From Aquiluna sp. (GTDB taxonomy: Bacteria; Actinomycetota; Actinomycetes; Actinomycetales; Microbacteriaceae): DNA of 64,000 nt. The position numbers and the translations under genes are program-made. Positions 24,364 through 32,205 of the stretch are shown piece after piece. Location: assembly GCA_028095925.1 (NCBI GenBank), contig JAOHCW010000003.1, forward strand, positions 3,470-67,469. The letters run 5' to 3'. Below the pieces are notes generated by a model. The model ran no database searches. It was not told the DNA's origin and worked only from the letters and a program-made list of their open reading frames with translations. Position 1 is the stretch's first letter. Every line of letters starts with the position of its first letter.

Positions 24364-26652
24364 ATGGCTCATGCCGCCTCTGGCAACCTCAAATCAAAAA
24401 TCCAATCGTCTTTTGGCTTTTTACTAGCGATTTTCATCACAACGGCTTCACTATTTTCACTACCCTCAAGTGCCCCTAACGCTGCAGCGGAAGCGGTAAT
24501 TAGTCGGCTCGGCGCTGACATTGTTGGTGAGGCATTAGGTGACTTTTCCGGCTTCTCTGTTGCACTGTCTAGTGATGGCTCACGAGTTGCAATCGGTGCG
24601 CACTATAACGACGGCAATGGCAGTAATTCCGGCCATGTCAGGATTTATGACTGGAACGGCTCTGATTGGGTTCAGGTCGGTGGCGACATCAATGGTGAAG
24701 CTGCCGATGACCAATCTGGCCTCTCAGTCGCACTATCGAGTGATGGCTCACGAGTTGCAATCGGTGCGCAATATAACGACGGCAATGGCAGTAATTCCGG
24801 CCATATCCGGATTTACGACTACGACGGCGTTAACGATGATGCTGATGGCATAGATAAATGGACCAAAGTCGGTGGCGACATCAATGGTGAGGCGGCAGGC
24901 GACTACTCTGGCTTCTCTGTTGCACTATCTAGTGATGGCTCACGAGTCGCAATCGGTGCGTACGCTAACGACGGCAATGGCAGTAATTCCGGCCATGTCA
25001 GGGTTTATGAATTAAATAGCGGAACCTGGACTCAGTTAGGTAGCGATATCGACGGTGAGGCAGCAAACGACCAATCTGGCTTCTCCGTTGCACTGTCTAG
25101 TGATGGCTCACGAGTTGCAATCGGGGCATACACCGACGACCTCACTGGCCGAGTGGGGATCTATGACTGGAATGGCTCTGCTTGGGTTCAGGTCGGTAGC
25201 GACATCGATGGTGAGGCGGCAGGCGACTACTCTGGACACTCAGTAGCGCTATCAAGTGATGGCTCACGAGTTGCAATCGGGGCACCGTTTAAAGATGCCA
25301 ATGTCGTCAATGACGGCTATGTCAGGATTTTCTCCCTCGAGGAGCTAGAAGCCGCCCTCACACCTACATTCGCATCTCCTGCTCAGACAAGCGATGGCTT
25401 CACCGTCCAGGTCTCAAACTATGACGCTAACTACTCATGGAGCGTCTCAGCTTCCGCTGGTTCTGCGACAATCAGCGGCACTGGTTTAATCACGGTCACA
25501 GGACTAAGCGCAGGTGCTTCCGCTACGGTAACGGTTGACATTACCCGTTCCGGTTATAGCTCAGGGTCTGCAAATGTTAGCAGCTCAGCGTTTACGACCC
25601 TTATCCCCGCCTTTTCAACACCAACCAAAACAAGCGATGGCTTCACCGTTCAGGTCTCAAACTACGACGCAAACTTCACATGGAGCGTCTCAGCTTCTGC
25701 TGGTTCTGCGACAATCAGCGGCACTGGTTTGATCACGGTCACAGGACTAAGCGCAGGTGCTTCCTCAACGATCACTGCCCAAACCACTCGCTCTGGCTAC
25801 ACCGCAGGGTCTGCAACCGTCGCAAGCTCAGCGTTAGAAGCTGCCCTCACACCCACATTTGCAACATCGACCGAAACAAGCGATGGCTTCACCGTTCAGG
25901 TCTCCAACTACGACGCAAACTTCACATGGAGCGTCTCAGCTTCCGCTGGTTCTGCGACAATTAGCGGCACTGGTTTGATCACGGTCACAGGACTAAGCGC
26001 AGGTGCTTCCTCAACGATCACTGCCCAAACGACTCGCTCTGGCTACGCCGCAGGATCGGCAACGGTCTCGGGCTCCGCCCTGGAAGCGGCACCAGCAGCC
26101 CCAGCGCCAATACCTGCCTACACTGGCCCAACTCTCGATTCAAAGCAGTCAGTTATTGCGGGGGAGCAGGTTAGTTTCACCGGTCGCAGACTCCACTATG
26201 TCTCTAGCGCCTATGCCGGAACTACCAAGCTCACAATCGTCTCTGGCGTTAGCAAGCTGTTAGTTCTAGATGTTCCAGCATCTTTGGCTGCAGGAAGCTA
26301 CGACCTGGTGCTTTATTCTTCTAACGGCAAGCTCACCTTCCACCAGGGTCTGACTATCTCAGCACCTGCCCCGGAAGTGACTCAGCCAGAAGTGATCGAG
26401 CCAGAAGTGGTGAAGAAGCTTACGGTCGGCACTTTCAAGGGCTTTATAGCGATCTATTCACAAGGCTATGAAGGGGCAAAGCTCTCGGCAAAGGTTGCTG
26501 GAAAATGGCTAGTTGTTGATGCACTGGATGAATCTTTCATGGGAAATAACTACAGCAGGACAGTTAGGTTCACAGGAGCGGGCTATGACATCCTTGTCCA
26601 CCTCTACATAAACGGTGAACTGATCAAAACCGAAGAACTGATGACTCAATAG
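24364..26652 (+). CDS. secreted surface protein: 5 FG-GAP/beta-propeller repeats, 3 tandem ~81 aa Ser/Thr-rich beta repeats, Pro-rich linkers, C-terminal domain
   Basis: N-terminal hydrophobic signal; (SG.S)VALSSDGSRVAIGA x5; TSDGFTVQVSNYDAN...ITVTGLSAGAS x3. Confidence 0.85.
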   Translation: MAHAASGNLKSKIQSSFGFLLAIFITTASLFSLPSSAPNAAAEAVISRLGADIVGEALGDFSGFSVALSSDGSRVAIGAHYNDGNGSNSGHVRIYDWNGSDWVQVGGDINGEAADDQSGLSVALSSDGSRVAIGAQYNDGNGSNSGHIRIYDYDGVNDDADGIDKWTKVGGDINGEAAGDYSGFSVALSSDGSRVAIGAYANDGNGSNSGHVRVYELNSGTWTQLGSDIDGEAANDQSGFSVALSSDGSRVAIGAYTDDLTGRVGIYDWNGSAWVQVGSDIDGEAAGDYSGHSVALSSDGSRVAIGAPFKDANVVNDGYVRIFSLEELEAALTPTFASPAQTSDGFTVQVSNYDANYSWSVSASAGSATISGTGLITVTGLSAGASATVTVDITRSGYSSGSANVSSSAFTTLIPAFSTPTKTSDGFTVQVSNYDANFTWSVSASAGSATISGTGLITVTGLSAGASSTITAQTTRSGYTAGSATVASSALEAALTPTFATSTETSDGFTVQVSNYDANFTWSVSASAGSATISGTGLITVTGLSAGASSTITAQTTRSGYAAGSATVSGSALEAAPAAPAPIPAYTGPTLDSKQSVIAGEQVSFTGRRLHYVSSAYAGTTKLTIVSGVSKLLVLDVPASLAAGSYDLVLYSSNGKLTFHQGLTISAPAPEVTQPEVIEPEVVKKLTVGTFKGFIAIYSQGYEGAKLSAKVAGKWLVVDALDESFMGNNYSRTVRFTGAGYDILVHLYINGELIKTEELMTQ
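24571..25282 (+). repeat. intragenic FG-GAP repeats conserved at DNA level
   Basis: AGTGATGGCTCACGAG at 24571, 24739, 24931, 25099, 25255. Confidence 0.9.
25387..26060 (+). repeat. three near-identical intragenic repeats, period 243/246 bp
   Basis: ACAAGCGATGGCTTCACCGT at 25387, 25630, 25876. Confidence 0.9.
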
Positions 26653-26665
26653 TCAGCAAAAGCAG

Positions 26666-26838
26666 ATGTTCCCCCAGATGTTCCCCCAGCTGAGCACTTT
26701 CCGCTGATGTTCGCCTGTGTTCGTAGGTGTTCGCAGTCTCGAAAACCCTAGAAAAACGAACACCAGCGAACAGCTACGAACAAACTGCACTTAACTGGGG
26801 GACAAGGGGTCGTGGGTTCAAATCCCGCCAGCCCGACT
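26666..26838 (+). repeat. cassette-end element copy A: (ATGTTCCCCCAG)x2, GTTCGx3/CGAACx3, 44-bp perfect tRNA-Pro 3' fragment (26795-26838)
   Basis: 26795-26838 identical to 24111-24154; aligns without gaps to copies B and D. Confidence 0.95.
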
Positions 26839-26879
26839 CAAACACCAAGCTTCAGTGGTCAATTGGTTAGGGTTTCAAC

Positions 26880-28349
26880 ATGAAACGGGGGAAATTTGCG
26901 CCAGTCTTGATCTTCGCTCTGTTGCTGTCCGGCTGCTCTGCATTTGGATTTGAAGAACCAACTGCGCTGGGCACACCAGCGGGAGCAAAATCAACTGGAG
27001 ACTTCGAGCCTGTGCTTTCGAGTTCTTTCGACGAACCGTGGTCAACCGATGTCACAAGGCAAGAGATGATCGAAACCGCTCTCTTTAAGTTGTTTGCAGA
27101 TTTGGATCAGATCAAAGACAGCAACTGTCAAGTTAAGCCAGTCCTCTATCTTGGGGAACCTCTGCTGGAGGAGCACCACCCCCTTCTTGAGCAAATCGCA
27201 TTTGGAATGGTGTCAAGTTTTTGTGACTACCTTTCAGAGGACATCCCTGTAGTTGCTGGCAGCTACGAGTTCTTGAAACAGGTCATGGCTTCTGAGGGTC
27301 TCGAAGGCGATGAATTTGGAGGCAACTGTGGCTTTGATCTGGTTCAGGATTGGGCAAGCGCCTGCGCCGTTTATGGCGTCGCCTGGACAGGTATTTCTCT
27401 CGGAACAGTGCGGGACGGAGTGTCGTTTGTAGAGGAAAGAAGGCTCACCATAGCCGCACACGAACTTTTTCACATTGTGCATGACCAGATCAATCCACAG
27501 GCAGATCCAGGCACTGGTAGTTGCCTGACATACGGCTGCGCCGGTCCGGTTTGGTTTTATGAAGGGGCGGGTGAGTTTTTTGGCAGAGCGATGACTCAGT
27601 ACCTAGGGCTTCAAAACTATGCAACATTCGTTCCCACTGACAGAAACGGCCTATACCTAGACGGTGACTACCTATCAGATCTTGACTTTCTCACGCCCCG
27701 TCGCAACAAAGCAGGGGGTGTCGAAAACTATTACTCCGGTCAAATTGCTATGGAGTACATGCTTGCCAACAATGGATTGATTGCAGTGCTTGCCATTTGG
27801 GAGCGAATGGATGAAGGGGTCCCTTTTCCGGCTGCATTTGAGTCTGAAATGGGTATCAGCTTGGAAGACTTTTATTCGAAATTCAAAGTCTTGCATTCTC
27901 GTCTTTACGATGAAGCGGGCTACTGCAACGAGGGACTGGGGTGTGAAGAGTGGATCAAATCCGATCAAACACAAGATTGGTATAGCGGGCAGAACTCGCA
28001 AGACAACCCTGATCCCTCTCTAGATAATGAGCGATTGCTAAGCAACGAATGCCTATCCGTCAGCGCAATCTGGTGGGCTCAGTGCACGGAGTTGGAGCTA
28101 GGCATTCCCGAGAGTCCTGAAAATAGTGACCATGGTTATCCTCTGGACTACAACATGATTGCCAAGATTGAGTCGTGCGATGAAATGGAGCTAATCGGAT
28201 TTGATTTGCGGGGCTGGGCTGTGACTTTTGAGGCTCGAGAGTTGTCAGGAGCCTCCCAGGCCAATGTCTCAACGCAGTACTATGCCGCTCTCCGATACCT
28301 AGATACAAACCAGGATGGCGTGCTGTGTAGCCCTCAGGTCCCAGATTAA
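26880..28349 (+). CDS. lipoprotein, gluzincin-like metallopeptidase with C-terminal Excalibur-like domain
   Basis: lipobox LSGC (C19); HELFH followed by WFYEGAGE; C-terminal LDTNQDGVLC. Confidence 0.75.
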   Translation: MKRGKFAPVLIFALLLSGCSAFGFEEPTALGTPAGAKSTGDFEPVLSSSFDEPWSTDVTRQEMIETALFKLFADLDQIKDSNCQVKPVLYLGEPLLEEHHPLLEQIAFGMVSSFCDYLSEDIPVVAGSYEFLKQVMASEGLEGDEFGGNCGFDLVQDWASACAVYGVAWTGISLGTVRDGVSFVEERRLTIAAHELFHIVHDQINPQADPGTGSCLTYGCAGPVWFYEGAGEFFGRAMTQYLGLQNYATFVPTDRNGLYLDGDYLSDLDFLTPRRNKAGGVENYYSGQIAMEYMLANNGLIAVLAIWERMDEGVPFPAAFESEMGISLEDFYSKFKVLHSRLYDEAGYCNEGLGCEEWIKSDQTQDWYSGQNSQDNPDPSLDNERLLSNECLSVSAIWWAQCTELELGIPESPENSDHGYPLDYNMIAKIESCDEMELIGFDLRGWAVTFEARELSGASQANVSTQYYAALRYLDTNQDGVLCSPQVPD

Positions 28350-28358
28350 AAGTCTCGG

Positions 28359-28530
28359 ATGTTCCCCCAGATGTTCCCCCACCTGAGCACTATTCGCTGA
28401 TGTTCGCCTGTGTTCGCAGGCGTTCGCACCCCAGAAAATACTAGAAAAACGAACACCATCGAACAGCTACGAACAAACTGCACTTAACTGGGGGACAAGG
28501 GGTCGTGGGTTCAAATCCTGCCAGCCCGAC
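28359..28530 (+). repeat. cassette-end element copy B with tRNA-Pro 3' fragment (28488-28530, one mismatch)
   Basis: about 90% identical to copy A by manual alignment; AAATCCTG vs AAATCCCG. Confidence 0.95.
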
Positions 28531-28572
28531 CGAAAATGCCACCTTTATAACCCTGCTTGCTATGGTGGAGAC

Positions 28573-30498
28573 ATGTTTCGGGGGAGACGGCGTAGAAAAA
28601 CACTCTCTATTGGATTGGCATTAGTCCTTTCTGGGTGCGCCACCGTCGAGCCAGTCCCGACCGCTATCACTTCCTCGCCTTCCGCAACGGAGACAGCCAT
28701 CGAGACGACTGAAGTCATTGAGGTTGCGATCCCCGATGAGCCGGAAAACTCTGATCACGGATATCGACAGCTAGATCCTGACCGCATTCCAAGTTTTCGA
28801 AAGTGTGAGACCTTTGAAGGTTGGTGGCGAAGAGGGCCAGTGGCAGTTAGCTTCGCAGCCAGGGATGCGTTGGGCCTAGAGGGAATTGAAGTTTCAACGC
28901 AGATCTATCTCAAGAATCAAGACCTGGATGATGATTTCGATGGGGTGATTTGCCTGACTGACCAACAACTCGCAACGGTAGCTGAACAGTCCTCACAGCA
29001 GGCTGAAGCGAATGGGGTGGACAGCACCGATGCCAGCAGCGGAGGAAATGACAGCCTGTCGCAGGGGATGACTGACGGAGAGACTTCGCAAGTTGATGAT
29101 GAAGCTTTTCCGACTGGACCCGCAATTGAGTTGATTACATCTAATCCGGTATCTCCCTCGCCGGTTGAAATGTGCAAAATTCCCGACGGGCGCCCAGGCT
29201 ACTTGCAGGGTTATCCTCGTGGGGCAACGGTGAATGGGGAACAGGTCGCTGGAGGAGTTGGGTTTCCCTTCACGGTAGGGCGTTTCCCAATAAAGGGTGA
29301 AGCAAACATAATTCTGGCGATGGTTTCTTTTGAAGACACGGATGAGTTTGTCGAAAGGCCAGACCAATTTCTAGGGCCGCAGTCCCGGAAAATTACGCAA
29401 TGGAGTAACTTCTGGTCACAGGGGCAGTTCCGTTACAACTTTCAGATAGTCGAAAATTGGGTTCGCATCCCAATGAAGTCAAGCGAAGCAACAAGCAACG
29501 ATGAGGTTCTGGCGAAGCAGATTCTTGAGCAATTTCCACCCGGTATTGATTACTCAAGTGTTGATGGGACATTCATTTACTGGGCGCCTGGGCTAGTCGC
29601 AGATGACCATGATTTTGGTATTCGTGTAGGGAGCAACGAGAACCCGTTCGTAGTTGGAGAGAAGAGGCCGGGCCTATTTTGGGCACCCAGCAAGTGGCAC
29701 ACAGAGACCACAAACGGAAATCTGACACTGGACTTGAAAATGCGCTACACCTGGGCGCACCTGATACATGAGTTCTTGCACGAGCAGGGCCTGAATATGC
29801 ATGCACCCGGTAATGGTTGGCAAACCGGTCTTGGTCAAAACCAATATCCCGACCCAGGCAAAGGGTTCTTTTCCGCTGCCCTCCCCGCATGGGAGCTGTT
29901 CATTATGGGTTGGCTGAGAGATAAGCAGATTCATTGCCTAACTGATGAAGACTTGGTTAGTCAGCAACAGGCAATACTGACCCCGCTAGAGATAAGCGGC
30001 GGAGATCGCAAAGCGTTGGTAATCGAAACAGCTCAGAGTGACGAGTTTCTTGTAGTCGAGTCTCGTCGCCCAGTCGGCTATTCGGAGTGGAATTCAGCCG
30101 AGAGAGGCATTTTTGTTTATCGGGCTGACCCGACGATTATCTATCAAGATGACCACAGCTCTGGAGACTGCGGAAACGACCCAAGATTCCCGAAGTGGTC
30201 GTATTACCTGTTCCCTGATTCAGCAGGAGTTGACCCATCGTCTTGGTGTGGAGACTTCAGGATTGCTTTGGTCCGTGAGGGTGAGAAAGTGACCTATAAC
30301 GGTATTGAGATTTCTTTAGCGAAATCTTCAGACAACGGCGATGTAGTTCTAGTGAAGAAGGTAGGCGGTCTCGTCGATCAATTCTCACTACCCGACCATC
30401 CGATAGATGATTCACCCCAAGCCCAAACTGCTGAACAACCATGGCTTAGAACCGAGAGTCGTCAGTCTCACTGCTACTGCTGTGGCTGCACCCCATAA
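28573..30498 (+). CDS. lipoprotein, zinc metallopeptidase-like (M6/metzincin-like) with N-terminal Excalibur-like domain and Cys-rich tail
   Basis: lipobox LSGC (C22); LDDDFDGVIC; HEFLHEQGLNMH; WE...GWL and VVESRR..GY..G.FVY typical of M6-like domains. Confidence 0.72.
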   Translation: MFRGRRRRKTLSIGLALVLSGCATVEPVPTAITSSPSATETAIETTEVIEVAIPDEPENSDHGYRQLDPDRIPSFRKCETFEGWWRRGPVAVSFAARDALGLEGIEVSTQIYLKNQDLDDDFDGVICLTDQQLATVAEQSSQQAEANGVDSTDASSGGNDSLSQGMTDGETSQVDDEAFPTGPAIELITSNPVSPSPVEMCKIPDGRPGYLQGYPRGATVNGEQVAGGVGFPFTVGRFPIKGEANIILAMVSFEDTDEFVERPDQFLGPQSRKITQWSNFWSQGQFRYNFQIVENWVRIPMKSSEATSNDEVLAKQILEQFPPGIDYSSVDGTFIYWAPGLVADDHDFGIRVGSNENPFVVGEKRPGLFWAPSKWHTETTNGNLTLDLKMRYTWAHLIHEFLHEQGLNMHAPGNGWQTGLGQNQYPDPGKGFFSAALPAWELFIMGWLRDKQIHCLTDEDLVSQQQAILTPLEISGGDRKALVIETAQSDEFLVVESRRPVGYSEWNSAERGIFVYRADPTIIYQDDHSSGDCGNDPRFPKWSYYLFPDSAGVDPSSWCGDFRIALVREGEKVTYNGIEISLAKSSDNGDVVLVKKVGGLVDQFSLPDHPIDDSPQAQTAEQPWLRTESRQSHCYCCGCTP

Positions 30499-30520
30499 GC
30501 AATTTCTTTGTAATGGAGAT

Positions 30521-30552
30521 ATGTTCCCCCAGATGTTCCCCCACCCAAGCAC
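30521..30552 (+). repeat. cassette-end element copy C, truncated to its first 32 bp
   Basis: ATGTTCCCCCAGATGTTCCCCCACCCAAGCAC 22 nt after a stop codon. Confidence 0.85.
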
Positions 30553-30625
30553 AATGTTGATGTAACAAGCCCGATCACGCTGTAATTCACTTAGGCTTCA
30601 AGGCAGAAGACTTAGGAGCAGATTG

Positions 30626-30997
30626 ATGAATGAAAAGGAACTTGTTGGACTTTGGAATGAGAAGCGTTCACAACTAATTAAGGCGCAGCTTCACTCTGTC
30701 ATTGCGTTAGCAGTGCTCGCATTCTTGACTCTTACGGGCGATCTCGCAGCTGCAACCACCGGTGAGCAGTTGTTTGCCGCCCTATTTCTTGTCACGGTCG
30801 GTGCTTTGGGGAACTTGACTCAGTTTGCGATTATTCGGGAGTCCTATGGCATCGTTGCTGAACTTTCGATAATGAAGGATTTGGGTGCGATTGCAACCAC
30901 CATAGCTAAGAGTGACCGCTATCTTTCAATGACCATGTCAGTAATGGTCCTGTTTAGCGTTGCCCTACTCGGCGGGTTTGCTTTAGTCGTCTTTTAG
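30626..30997 (+). CDS. small multi-pass membrane protein of unknown function
   Basis: AGGAG RBS, three hydrophobic segments. Confidence 0.75.
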   Translation: MNEKELVGLWNEKRSQLIKAQLHSVIALAVLAFLTLTGDLAAATTGEQLFAALFLVTVGALGNLTQFAIIRESYGIVAELSIMKDLGAIATTIAKSDRYLSMTMSVMVLFSVALLGGFALVVF

Positions 30998-31040
30998 CGA
31001 ATTTGGTCATCGAACCTAGGCAGGCAAGTAGGTAGAGGCA

Positions 31041-31700
31041 ATGTCAGTTTTTTCGGAGAACACTTTTCAGTATTTGGAAGAGCTTGAACTCAACAACAAC
31101 CGTGACTGGTTCATAGAGAACAAAAAGAGGTTGGAACAGGAGGTTAGAGGGCCATTCGCATCTCTACTCGAAACACTGTCTGACTTGCTTTCAGAGAATG
31201 GACTTTCTCTACATGGTGGCCCAAAGACAATGTTTCGAATGAACCGAGATGTGCGATTCAGTAACGACAAGTCTCCTTACAAGACTTTTGTTTCAGGGCT
31301 ACTTACGAAGACTGGCACAAAGGACATCTCGACGGGCCTCGTCTACATCCATCTGGACTCAAGGGGTGGATTTGTAGTCTCAGGGCTTTATCAGCCACCG
31401 ACGGAGCGACTTTACGAACTAAGAACCTCAATGATTGAAAAGCACCGTGAGTTTGCAGCAACTCTAAGCTCTCTTCGTAGGGCAGGACTGGAATTAGATC
31501 CAACTGATGCGACAAAGACCATGCCACGGGGATTCAGCGAATTTTCTGACCACCATCATTCTGAGAGTCTGAAGCTGAAGAACATCATGGTTCGGAGAGA
31601 TCTGCACCCATCAGACTGGTGGAAACCAGGTTTCGATACTGAATTGCTCCAATTCGCTATCGCCTCGAGATCGATTTTGGAGTTTTTGGACAAAAACTAA
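31041..31700 (+). CDS. DUF2461 family protein
   Basis: L..NNNRDWF..NK, FRMNRDVRFSNDKSPYK, K..PRGF. Confidence 0.88.
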   Translation: MSVFSENTFQYLEELELNNNRDWFIENKKRLEQEVRGPFASLLETLSDLLSENGLSLHGGPKTMFRMNRDVRFSNDKSPYKTFVSGLLTKTGTKDISTGLVYIHLDSRGGFVVSGLYQPPTERLYELRTSMIEKHREFAATLSSLRRAGLELDPTDATKTMPRGFSEFSDHHHSESLKLKNIMVRRDLHPSDWWKPGFDTELLQFAIASRSILEFLDKN

Positions 31701-31846
31701 TGTTCCCCCAACTGAGCACTTTCCGCTGATGTTCGCATGTGTTCGTACGCGTTCGCACCCTTGAAAACTCTAGAAAAACGAACACCAGCGAACAGCTACG
31801 AACAACCTGCACTTAACTGGGGGACAAGGGGTCGTGGGTTCAAATC
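31700..31846 (+). repeat. cassette-end element copy D: one 12-bp unit, tRNA fragment truncated to 30 bp (31817-31846)
   Basis: begins on the last A of the DUF2461 stop codon; same 117-bp spacing to CTGGGGG as copies A and B. Confidence 0.93.
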
Positions 31847-32205
31847 TCATGCGTCCAATTTATGAGCGCCGCTCTACTCCCTCCATTTCTCGGGTGAGGC
31901 TAACCGTTTGGAAAACGCCGAAAGTGAAGATCCAGAGCTCTTTTTGAGTAATGCAGAGTGAGAGTCGCCGAACAGGTAATTCGAGCGAACGGCAGTGCAG
32001 AAGCAGACTTTCACTGGAGAAACCTCTTTTCGCTATCCTCCGACATGCGTCGCCAAGCGAATCAAAAAGTCTAAGTTGGGCAATAAAGCCCCTGCCGGTA
32101 ATAGACTGACTTTAATGTCCGCTCTAAGAGTTACTCACGGAAGCTCGTCTTCCTGAGAAAATCTAACCAGAGCACGAAACTGACCTAACTTTGTAGAGGA
32201 TTCCA

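Noticed and set aside
26708..26782. GTTCG/CGAAC as LexA SOS boxes
   Set aside because: The actinobacterial box is CGAAC-N4-GTTCG; here the half-sites are tandem at 10 bp and in the opposite order.
26795..26838. Extra functional tRNA-Pro genes (also 28488, 31817)
   Set aside because: The 5' acceptor strand and D arm are missing; they are att-type fragments.
26666..26838. Element as MITE/IS or REP
   Set aside because: No target-site duplications, no copies outside the island in this window, and full copies are always fused to the tRNA fragment.
26666..31846. Repeats as a CRISPR array
   Set aside because: Repeats are ~170 bp, separated by kb-sized genes, and there are no cas genes.
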